Source: Felis catus
Taxonomy: Eukaryota
Assembly (NCBI RefSeq): GCF_018350175.1
Contig: NC_058368.1
Coordinates: forward strand, 227,728,001 to 227,792,000
Reading direction: 5' to 3'
DNA: 64,000 nt
Positions within the stretch are counted from its first letter, which is position 1; the number at the start of each line of letters is the position of its first letter. The position numbers and the translations under genes were made by a program. Below are positions 11,290-22,180 of the stretch, in pieces. The notes below the pieces were generated by a model that was given only the letters and a program-made list of their open reading frames with translations, was not told the DNA's origin and did no database searches.

Positions 11290-11560
11290 GTGGTAATTAC
11301 CTCATTTTACTCAGGAGTTGAGTTAGGGGAAACGCGCGCGCGCGCACGCGCCCCTGAACACAAAGAGCAGGATGAGCCGCCGCTGCGCCAACGGCGCCGC
11401 GCATGCGCAGAGGGAGGTGACGTCACCCTTTCCAGGCCGGCCGCAGTTCCGACTCCCTCACCTTTCTCCGCAGTGCCTGCAGGTTTAGTCACAGATCACA
11501 GGGAGCGGCGGTGCGCGGCGCTCAGTGTTTGCGCTACCAAGGGTTTTAGTTAGGCAAGCA
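11290..11560. promoter_or_regulatory. Small CpG-rich promoter/enhancer-like element with NRF1 and CRE motifs
   Basis: Dense CpGs between AT-rich flanks. CGCGCATGCGCA (NRF1 consensus YGCGCAYGCGCR) at 11398-11409. GGTGACGTCACC (full palindromic CRE) at 11416-11427. (CG)n run at 11333-11345. Confidence 0.7.
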
Positions 11561-12494
11561 ATTACACGACTGTTGTGTAGGGAGGCAGCATTTTTAATTA
11601 GCCTAGATCCTCTGAAAATACTGAGGGGGGAAGACAGCAAGATTAGAAATCAAATGATACAAACGTCACTTTTACTAAGATATAAAAACATCAAGATATA
11701 ACGTAAGGCTTATATTGTTATGTAAACATATATAATCCACAGATATAAAATGTTTATAAAACCCATGTAAAATGAATTAAGTACTTATATCAAGAATACG
11801 GGCATGTTCAGAGACCCCCCCACACAGGAATGCAGATAGGGTTTCATAGCGCAGTATTATAATTTTTACTCATAACCTTTATGGTTACAATAACTGTCAG
11901 ATTGGCTAATTTATTCCTTCATATAATTTTAGAAGCAATAGCCTGTAACATCATACCTTTAAGGAAGAAAGAGCAGTATAAGTTTGATTGATTCAAGGAA
12001 GTTAAGGGCGTTTCAACTGAAAATAGCTCTGGCTTTTTAATGTCTTGAGCACAAAACACAGAGGTCAAACCAAAATCACCAAACACCATAACAAAAAAAT
12101 ATTTTTTTAAACTATTACATATATTTTAATGTAAATGAAATAATGAATTTTTAATATTTGATGAATTATGCATTAGCTATGCATTAGAAGTTTATTTATT
12201 TAATAGAATGCACTTTATTCATAAATAAGTTTCCATGAAATCAAAAGCAGGGGCAACCTCTTTTTGGAAAAGGGAATATAAGAAGGCAACATGTCATTTA
12301 TTTTATATATATATTCTGTCTCAGTCTGTGGGTTGCTTTCATCTTTTCAGTCTCCTAATGGAGTCTTTTGATAAAGACGAGCTCTAAAAAAAGAATTTCC
12401 AAGTTATTATTCTGTATGTTCAGTGCTTTTGTGTTAAGAAACAGTTGCCCACTACAAGTTCATGTAGATATTTCCCTATGTTTTCTTCTAAAGA

Positions 12495-12638
12495 TTTTTT
12501 TCTTTTTTTTTCTCAATTTCATTTTTTATTTTTTAAAATTTACATCCAAATTAGTTAGCATATAGTGAAACAATGATTTCAGGAGTAGATTCCTTAATGC
12601 CCCTTACCCATTTAGCCCATCCCCCCTCCCACAACCCC
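12495..12638 (-). mobile_element. Carnivore/felid L1 3' terminal fragment (5'-truncated)
   Basis: T-rich tail followed by 'aaatttacatccaaattagttagcatatagtg…atgatttcaggagtagattcc…cccctcccacaacccc', the felid L1 3' end in antisense. Confidence 0.85.
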
Positions 12639-12674
12639 ACATTAGAAATTAATTTAAAAACAGAACAGACCCCA

Positions 12675-12907
12675 GGGGTGCCTGGGTGGTTCATTGGTTC
12701 AGCGTCCAATTCTTGTTCTCAGTTCAAGTCACAATCTCTCGGTTCATGGGGTTGAGCCCCACATCAGGCTCTGTGCTGATAGCACAGAACCTGCTTGGGA
12801 ATCTCTCTCTCCCTCTCTTTCTGCCCCTCCCTGGCTTGCTCACTCTCGCTCTCGCTCTCGCCCTCTCACTCTCTCTCTCTCTCTCTCTCAAAAATAAATA
12901 AAAACAA
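12675..12907 (+). mobile_element. CanSINE
   Basis: SINEC head, linker and tail. TSD taaaaacagaacagac at 12655-12670 and 12908-12923. Confidence 0.92.
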
Positions 12908-14199
12908 TAAAAACAGAACAGACTATGAAAGGGAATATTTCATAGTGAAATAGTAGTGTTATAAAAGGGGATTCTATGTTCTTACAATCTCACAAACCAA
13001 AAAAGAACCAAGTGCCCAGATGTGCTGTTCATCTTTATCTCCCCAAGGACTAGCCAGGGCTAAACACAGGGAAACCTTATGCCTCATGTTTGCCTAATGC
13101 CAAAGCAAAGAACACATACATCTGTCTGTGCCTGTGCAGCAGACGCCTCTGGGGAAAGCTCCCACCCTGCACTCTGGGACTCGAGTCACCCATCCGAAGC
13201 CACGTGCATACACACATATATACTTATGTGCCTACTTGCGGTTCTGTGATGCTGACCTACTCCAAAGAAGATTTGCTTTACATAAAGCAGCAGCCTCTCA
13301 GGAAAGCTATTTAGAAACTTCATTTATATCATACGAACCACAGAGACACAACTGATAAAATTTGATCACTGTTATCAAGTGATTTGACTTCTATCAAATC
13401 ATCCAAGATTGACTGCTACGAGAAACTGTTTAATCATTACAGCAAACATTTCTTACACGTTAGCACCTTTGCCCTCTACCAGAAGAAAAAAGAAAAACAC
13501 CCTTAATGCCTTCACATTTTTTTTATGCAGATCAAAATCATTCTTGTAAAAAAAGGCTTTGCAAAAATAAAGCTATAATGTAATTCTACTTCTTTTCCTT
13601 TATGGACATATCTTTTTATTATTATAAGGAATAAAGGTGCAATTACAGAGACGTAATATAAATTAGCGATATTAAAACTTTGTTCAGTATCCACTGATTT
13701 GCCCTGTTTGGGGAGGAGCATGGGGGGACTTACACATAAGCTGCAATCCATCATCCCTTGTTGCACTCACTCAGTCTGATTGGGAAAGCAAGACGTGGGT
13801 GTTTGGTTCTGGGTGCAGACACTTGTTACGGAAAACCCAGGGCCAGAGGGGTCAGAACAGGAGATGCAGGATGTGTGGGGTGGAGATGGTTACGGTGGGT
13901 CTTGATGGCCATGCAAGACTCCCATCACTGGCACAAAAAAGGTGTGAAGAAAAAGGGGGCACCTGCCTGCCTACGGTACAGCCATCTCCACCTGTGCTCA
14001 CCATGGTCTCTGCAAATCTGCTCTCCACTGTGTAGGTCCCAGCATGATACCTGGCCCCACAAACCACCTCTCCAACAGCCAAACCAGGAACCCAGGCTTC
14101 CCCCTGCACTCTTGTAGGCTCCATGCTAGAGGACCCTGTCTCCCTGCCCCACTGGCCGGCATCTCCCTCATGTAGACTACTCCCTTTGATCCATTCTGC

Positions 14200-14760
14200 T
14201 CCTCTTCCCTAACCACACCTCATCATTCTACTTCCCTAAAATTCATCAATGGCTCCTCAGAGCCCTCAAATAAAACCCAAGCTCCCCGACATGGCACAAA
14301 GTTCATGACCCGAGCCTGCTGACCTCTGCAGCCTCACTACCTCCCCACCCGTGACCCTCTCCCTCGTCTACTCCAAGAGTTCTAACCACCCGCAGGTAAC
14401 ACACACCCCTGCTCACCACTGAGCTCCCACAAGGCCTCAAGCATCGCCTCCCTCCCCACATGCAAGCCCACACATTCTTCACCCTCCTGACGCCCCCTTG
14501 AAGGCTCAGACCTGACCCACCCCTTCTGTGAAGTCTCGCTGTGTCCCCACTGCTGGATCAGATCCCCCCCCCCACCCCCATCCTGCATTCCCACTGCACT
14601 CCAACCCGTCACCACAGTGCTTAGTAACTATCTAAGAAATGCCTGCCCGCACCCTGCCCCCACCCCCATCAGAAGGCAAGCTCCTGAAGGGCAAGGAAAG
14701 GACTGCCTCTCACCTTCCAGCTGGGTTGTGGCTGCAGCAGTGCCCCAGCAACTGGAAGAG
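14200..14760 (+). mobile_element. L2 3' region, highly diverged
   Basis: 'aaaattcatcaatggctcctc…ataaaacccaagctcc…catggc' and 'gcaagctcctgaagggcaagga' resemble L2 3' motifs. Confidence 0.5.
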
Positions 14761-16478
14761 CTTCACGCCTAGTTAGCTCAACCCTGAGGTTCGAGATGCT
14801 TCACACCGTTGGCAATTTTCAGCGGCAGTATACAATTCGGAGGTCTGAGCAAAGTGGCCATCTCATCACACACAGCAACAGGTCTAAAGCAGTCAGCGTG
14901 CCGCCCACGCTCACGCTGAGGAAGCCAAGGTGACTGCACTTGCTTGTCTAATATATTCAGTGACTAGTACATAAAATTACATTTATATATTCTTGGTCTA
15001 TATTTTAAAGTAGGGAAAGTTTTACTACGGGATATTTACAGTGTAATTAAAACGGTATTTTCTACCCTGGCCGTCAAAAATGTCACTAATTATAAAAAGC
15101 TTCTCTGGTGATTTGGGAAAAGGGCATTCAGTGGCTTTCGGTTCTACCTCCTCAACAACCAAAAGAATGCAGGCCTTCAGGGAAACACAGGCCTCGGAGC
15201 CCTGCCTCTTTGGAGGGGTCCTGTCTTCACCCAAGAATTGCAAGTCACGCCAAATTACTTTCCTCATGAGATTTTATAAACAGAGTAGGCAGGAGGGAAC
15301 CAGGAAACCAAATAACTGCCATACAACTCAAAATTAAACACCTTTCTTTCTGTATTGTTGTCTTAAGGCCCTCAGTACCAGAAGGCCAAGCAAGTTCAGC
15401 CTGAGGCAGCTTAACTGAATACTCACATGGCAATGTTTTTTGCCACATTAATTACTCACAAGTTAAGCCTCTGAAGTGTCATGTATCACAACTAGTAACA
15501 TCCCAGAACACCTGCGTTATGTCACTGACATCTTTCCTTGTTACTGACCATGAGCATGAGGGAAACAGAAAACACACCAAGCGGATATGCACAGGCAAAC
15601 CTTTCTAGCTGGTCTATAAATTTAAGAAAAAGGGACAGAATCCCTATCAATGAATCAAGATTTGGGTTTCAAATCTGGTTTGTTTCAGCTTCTCTCCATA
15701 TCAATATCCCCCAACCCAGCCTTCCTTCTGTCCGCCCTGTGATGATAAGGCTCTGCCTGGGAATATTTCCTCCTGCCCAGATAGATAAGAAAGGATGGAA
15801 CCACCGGGTAGGCACTGAAACCACAATCCTCACCCAGGGCTCTTACTCCAGGCTCACCAGCAAATGTTTATCAATCCCTTCTCCCTTCAAGACACCGGTT
15901 GATTAGTTTTCCAACCATGGAGAAAAAGTAAACCACAGTTGAGTGTCTTAATAAGCTATCAGTTAACTTGACTGAGCATGGATTATATTCAAATAGAAAT
16001 ACTGTATTTAGGGACATTAAAGTCCACACACACATACACAAAATATCAAAGTATATTCGGCAAAGACATTGTATGTCCGTTTCTCTTCAGTTAATTCACT
16101 TACCCTGATATTAATGTATTACCCAAGGCAAATGCCACAAAGAAACAATTTTTAACTGAAGGACTGAAAAGTTATTTCCATTTGGTTTTAATTCCAACAT
16201 AAACTCACTAGAGAGATAAATCTTTAATAACATCAAAGAATTTGGCAGAACTTTCTACCAGCCAGTCTTTTGATGAAGCTTAGAATTGTGTTTTTAACCC
16301 CTTGGCATTCACAGAGGACATATTTACACACAGTGTTCTCTTAAGTCCTAGAGATTTTCCTCCTAAATGGTTAAGTTCTGATTTTAAGAAGCTTATAATC
16401 TAAAACAAAATAAAACACACATTTATACGAACAGTAGCCTTAACGATGTGTGAGCAACAAGAAAAGCCTGATGGACGA

Positions 16479-16700
16479 GGGGCACCCGGGTGGCTCCGTC
16501 ACTCGAGTGTCCAACTCTTGATTTCAGCTCAGGTCATGATCTCATGATTTGTGAGATCGAGCCCCGTGTCGTGCTCTGCACTGATAGCACAAAGCCTGCT
16601 TGGGAGTCTCTCTCTCCTTCAATCTCTGCCCCTCCCCTCTGTGCACACATGTGTGCGCATTCTCTCTGAAAATAAATAAAACTTTAAAAAAGAGAGAGAG
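16479..16700 (+). mobile_element. CanSINE
   Basis: SINEC head, linker and tail. Imperfect TSD agaaaagcctg(a)tgga. Confidence 0.92.
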
Positions 16701-18859
16701 AGAAAAGCCTGTGGAGACGGACAAACATCTTGCAAACACACGTTACTGTTAGTTTGAAGAGAGAGGTAGATGCTACTATTGAGATTAGACAAACCCACCT
16801 AAAAGGTTACTTTTGTTACTGAAATTTTGTATCAATCACTGGCACTAAAAAACTAAGTCCTTGACACAAAAAAGGGTGTTCTGGGCCATTCTGAAAGGGT
16901 TACAAACCCTTGCTGTAGGGATTAAAACCACAAAGCACAGGAGTGAATGATACAGATAACACGTTTGAAGACTGACACGGTGAGGTTTGAATCATTACAA
17001 ACCCACTCGACAGCTTACACACTGCTGCTTTGCCCAAGTTGTCCATTTCCCTCCTCTGCTCTGACAACTGCTTCATCCGTCTACGAACGTATCAGAAATA
17101 TATCCAAAACACACTGTGATACATCTGGTGCTTGAGGACACAAATAGGACCGAGCTAAGTCGTGTCCTTAGAGGTCTACTGACCAACGAGGGACAGAGAG
17201 CCTGGAACAGTAGAAGAACCCTCTGGAAAGCAATTCTGTCACCACTAAGGACAACTCCAAACAAACAAAAAAACTGGCACTTTGTAACTAGTTTTCAAGC
17301 TGAATTTCGAGTACAACCTAAAGTTTGAGTTTTTCTTCCTGATCCTTCTATTTGCCATAACAAAATTTGGTGGCTCAACAAGTACGTTAGCCCTGAGGAC
17401 ATGCTGCTGAGAGCAGGGCCAGGCCAACTCTGGTCACCGACAGACAATGTGACCAGTTTTACAATTACACCATCTCAGGCAACTTCAGCCTGTAGGACTC
17501 ACAGGCTTTTAAGGCTCAAGTGCCTTCTTTTCCTCATGTTAATTCAGGTGTCGGTGTCCTGACTTAACCCTCATTTCCAAGCATAGGGGGAAACAAACAT
17601 TCTAGTGGACAGGTCCCTACATTTACCTTCCTAGTGGATTCCTAGTAAGAAACTGAAGGAACTACCAAGAGCTGAGAAAAGGAACAGCCTCTGCTAATAT
17701 AAAAAACGCAAAGCAAAGTGAAAGTCATTTCCACTCTCTAACTGCCTCTCCTCCCACCTCAAATCCCCCCCAGTGTGTAGGTACAAAAGAAGATTTCTTA
17801 AATCTCTGGCTTAAAATGTGTTCATTAAATCAAATAATTTAGACGTACTGATGGGAAAACGGATGTTGACATAAAAATGGATTTAATGTGGATCAACTCC
17901 ACTTGTATTTTTACACATATTCACTGATGAAGAGAAAAAGGTGCAAATTCACAAGGTGGAGGACGGGTCTGAGGGGCGGGTGTGAACCCTCATGCAAGGA
18001 GTGCAGGGCAGCCTGTCGGAAGGAAGGAAGGAAGTCACCGTCGGGCACCCGGCACATCTGAGGACAGTACCAGCCCCTGCTTAGTGGCAGCTCCCCCTCT
18101 CTCGTTCACTGGAAGTGGAGGCGGGAACTCAGAAAGCAGAAGCCAGCCCAGGCTCAATGTGTCCCAAGCGCTCCTGCAGGGCTGGGACCCTCACAGAAGG
18201 TGAGGAAGCCCCACCTGTGTGACATAACTGGTCACCTCCCCCCCCCCCCATCCACCCCCGGGACGGGGCTGAAGTGCAAGGGCGGAGCTGGTGGCATCAC
18301 TGGGCGGGCGCTGAGCCACAGGACCTCCTCCCCCTGCTATGGGGTCCCCAGCAGACAACCTGCTGGACAGGGGGCGATCTCACCCCCAGGTCTTCCTCTT
18401 TGACTTGGCCTGCAGGGCCCCCTCGGAGAGGGGTGAGCCCCACGCGCACATGCCTTGTAGGCTGGGGAATCCACTTTTCCTTTTTCAGTCCCTGGACTGC
18501 TACATTCCTGACAGACACACAAGTCAGTGGGTATTCCCAGGGCACGTGTTTGCCAAAGCATCTCGGTACAGAAACGCACATGGCGATGCCAGAAGGACAC
18601 GTAAGCACCATAAGGTGAGCGGTCCTCGTCGCCCCGCCCCTGCACCTGCGGGGCCTCCGCAGTACTCTGCACAGCGCCCGGAGTAAGTCTGCTGCCCAGG
18701 TGCTCAGGGCCCAGGACAGGATGGCACAGGGCCAGACATAAAGGGCACGGAGGGGAGTCCACCCCCACGGGCACCACATTTCATGGATGTCACCTGAAAG
18801 CGACAGAGCCACTACCGAAAACAAAACTGCCAAGGTATTAACGTGTCGCTACGGACCCA

Positions 18860-19010
18860 AGGCTGGAGCCCGGATGCCTGGTCTGCCGACCCACAGCAGG
18901 ACCCGGGGGATGCACACTCAGTCCCTCCGCGCCTTTGTTTCCTCATCTGCGAAATGGGATCCCGGTGACGCCACCTCACATAACCCATGGACGGCGCCTA
19001 GAACACTATG
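18860..19010 (+). mobile_element. MIR fragment
   Basis: Core-like 'gcctttgtttcctcatctgcgaaatggga…cacctcaca'. Confidence 0.5.
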
Positions 19011-20479
19011 ATGACCATGGACATGTGGGGAGATCACTAACTGTCACAGGTACACGTCTGGGCAGTGCTTTAAATCAGTGGATTTGGGGAAATTCTGCCC
19101 ATCACTGCATTCCATAAGGAGATGCACCTTTACTCAAAAACCAAAAGAACAGGACTAAGAGGTCCAGTTATCGCCAAAAGTCACCAAAAGAAACCACTTA
19201 TTTGTAAACGTCAACAGTCACAACAGATTAACCTTGGCAATTCCATCCTCGGGGACTGACTACGAATAACTGAAGTAACTGTTAAGGGGATTCAAAAGTC
19301 AGAAGGCTCTTGGGTCTGAGAGCTGTGAGCTCACCCGGACCCCACCCGGACCGCCCCACCCACCTGAGCATTCCCAGGGGCCTGCTAAGCCCAGTCCCAC
19401 CTTTGGGAAGGGGCAAACCAGAATACAAATAGAAATGAAAACATTTGAGCCAAAAGAGTCACCTGAAGGGAACACCGCTTTGTAAGGCATCACCTCCCCT
19501 GCTAAAATGGCAGCAACAAAAACTTTAACAACCCCAGAAGTGCTCCCCCTTTGTGACACCCCCTCACCTCATGCCCCTCCACAGTCAGAGACCCGTCCAC
19601 TGGTGCAAGAATTCCTTTTCTTCCGCTTTGAAAGTGGGCGGTGGAAGGGATTACAGCAAGAGCTATGGCCAGTGGCCATGCCAGCGGGGGCCTTGAGCTT
19701 GCTGCTGACCGCTGAAGCTGGCGGGGATAACAGGTGCCGCTGGCCTGTCTCCCCCACCTAGGCTCTCCACCTGCACCTGCCCTGCCTCCAAGAGGAGGTC
19801 GCTCCCTACCCCTCCAGGGCTACTAGAGGCCTGAAGGCACAGACAGACCACACACGTTCCCCTCCACCTTCCACCTTTCTGCTCTTTTATATGGATGACT
19901 AAGAACAAACAGGAGTCTCCCATTCTGCCTCAAATTGTGGTAAACGGTGCAACAAACAGCCAGCTGCGCACACACAAAAACGCTGGCCTTTGTACAGACA
20001 CTGTCCACGGCTGCCACACCCTCAGTCCATTCTGGTGAAGGCAGAACTCACTCAAGATTAAGGTTTCAAAGGGATGCGAAACCACTCTAAGTTTTCCTTC
20101 TCTGTTCCTTGCAGAAGCAAGCCCACGCGGACGCTGGCTGCATGACATCAGATGGCTCCAAAGGTACCGCCTCAAAACCTCAAACCGGGAGGAGGACAGT
20201 GGGTGCTAGTATAGTAAATAACTTCTAAGAGCCCCGATGGCTTTAAATATTCAAGTATTCACTTTATGGTAAAGCTAAAAGGCTCTCGTATCACTTTTTC
20301 TAATTCTTTTAGCTATTAAAATGAAAGCCCAGGCAACACGGGCCCCGCTTAGAAGAGAATACGAGTCTGGTCTGCATGAAGGTATGCGTATTCTGTGTGG
20401 GCATTTGAAACCACCATCCCGTCTGCAAACCGGGACACCGCCAACACCTTAGAAGCCTCCTCGCCTCTGCCCAATGATA

Positions 20480-20960
20480 CCCACCTGCCAACATAACCCC
20501 CCGCGTGGGCATTTAGGGTACCCATTCCCCTGCTTTTCTTGACAGCTTTGCCATTTATTCATCTACTGCTACACGATATGTTGCTTTGTTTCCTTGTTTT
20601 GGGGCTCATATGAATGCAGTCATACTAAATGCATTCTCTTGTGACTTGCCTTTGGTTTGCACGGCTAATCTACATTGATATGCACACTGAGCTTTATTTA
20701 ACGCTCTGTTCTAGGGCCATACCACAAAGTTACTTACGCAATCTTCTTAATGGACACGGGCTTGGTCTCCCATGTGTGCTATTACAAATGATGCTGCCAT
20801 GAACAGCCTTGTCCATATGTCCCAGAACACGATTCTGGAGTGTCTCTCCAGGCCTAGGGCAGAAACTGCTGGGTCAGAACTGACGTGCCTGTTCAAGTTT
20901 ACAAGATGATGCCTAATTGTTTTCCCAAACGGGTGTATTTCACATCCTCTCTGAAGCCTG
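20480..20960 (-). mobile_element. Ancient L1 (L1ME-like) ORF2 C-terminus/3'UTR fragment
   Basis: ORF 20747-21061(-) contains PFGKTI…DPAVSALG…DIWTRLFMAASFVIA, a degenerate match to the L1 ORF2p C-terminus (PLWKTVW…DPAIPLLG…DTCTRMFIAALFTIA). Confidence 0.75.
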
Positions 20961-21635
20961 CACTGTCTGTCAGTGACCCTATGCGTTATTTTTAAGGATG
21001 CAACCATTTGGTACCTTCCACCAAAATGAGTTGAGGGGAAAAAAAACAAACCCAAAAGCAAGCGTATTAATGGGCAATAAATAGTTTGGAATTAATTTGG
21101 GGTTCTACTCTCTCCGTGCTGATAGAACAATTAACTAGATTTTCACATTTCATCCTGAAAGTTTGAGACTGAAAGAACAGGACACCCCAGATGTTTCCCT
21201 TTCTATTTCTACCTCGACTGAATTCCTCTCACAGTTCCTCCTGTTTAGATCCCTTCAGAGTAACTGCCAAAGAGGAACTGCCGTGGAGACCCGCACAGAA
21301 ACTCCATCTCAGACTCCAAATGGCCTGTGTTCCAAAACTGGGTCAGGTCCGCTGTTACCCGACGGCAGGACGGATTTTCCCCACAGAAAGAATGCTGCAG
21401 GTTGGTCTTAGGGTCTCAGGGGTTCCCACAAAAGCCTATTTAATACACAACGACCCACCTCTGCTGCTGGCATGGATTAGAGCAGAAACGGGGGTGGAGG
21501 GGGGCAGATAGCGCCAGGCAAGGGGGGAAAGATGGCCACCCCCTCGCCTGCTGGGTCCTCCCTCCCCAGGCCCCTCCCGCCGCCTTCTTGTTAGACCGCA
21601 CTGCCTGGACCAGTCAACCAGCCCCCTACTGCAGC

Positions 21636-22180
21636 CAGCAGCTCTGAGGCTTTGCTCTCAAGGCCTCTTCACATGCTTAAAAGTTACTGAGGACGCCAAA
21701 GAGCTTTCGTGTATGTGGGTTCTTCCTGTCAGCTCTTCCATCCATGCGATATCTAGATGCCCAGTATGGATACTTACCACATTAAAAATTAAAACTGAGA
21801 ACAATTAGAAGATGTTTTTTAAAAAAACACCACATGTTAGCATAAATAATTCTATTAAACTCTGTATTTTCAAAAAAAAAAAAAGAAGAAGAAGAAGGTG
21901 GCTGGCGTTGTTTCACACTTTTGAGACTGGCTTTAAAAAAACCTGGCTTAATACAACACATCTAGATTCTCACATCTGCTCCTGCCTCCAATGTGTTGTG
22001 ACACTGTATGCCATGCAGACCCCAAAAAACATCACTATACACTGTGGAAAGAATGAGAGTGGAAAGAAAAAAATCAAAGACTACAATTTGCCTATTGTGA
22101 AAACAGCTGTTACTCATAGATCCCCTGAAAAGTTCGTGGGAAGCCTAAGGGAACCCGAAACCCCACTTTGAGAACCACTG
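21636..22180 (+). mobile_element. MER119-like hAT-Charlie non-autonomous DNA transposon, nearly full length
   Basis: Internal motifs 'gaggacgccaaagagcttt…tatgtgggtt', 'aaattaaaactgagaa', 'ctggcttaata…gattctca' and 'gaatgagagtg'. Right end cactttgagaaccactg. Confidence 0.78.

Noticed and set aside
16104..16163. Pseudo-exon with a GTAAGT donor (similar case at 62625-62701)
   Set aside because: Modest acceptor, with a stop codon or frameshift and no independent support.
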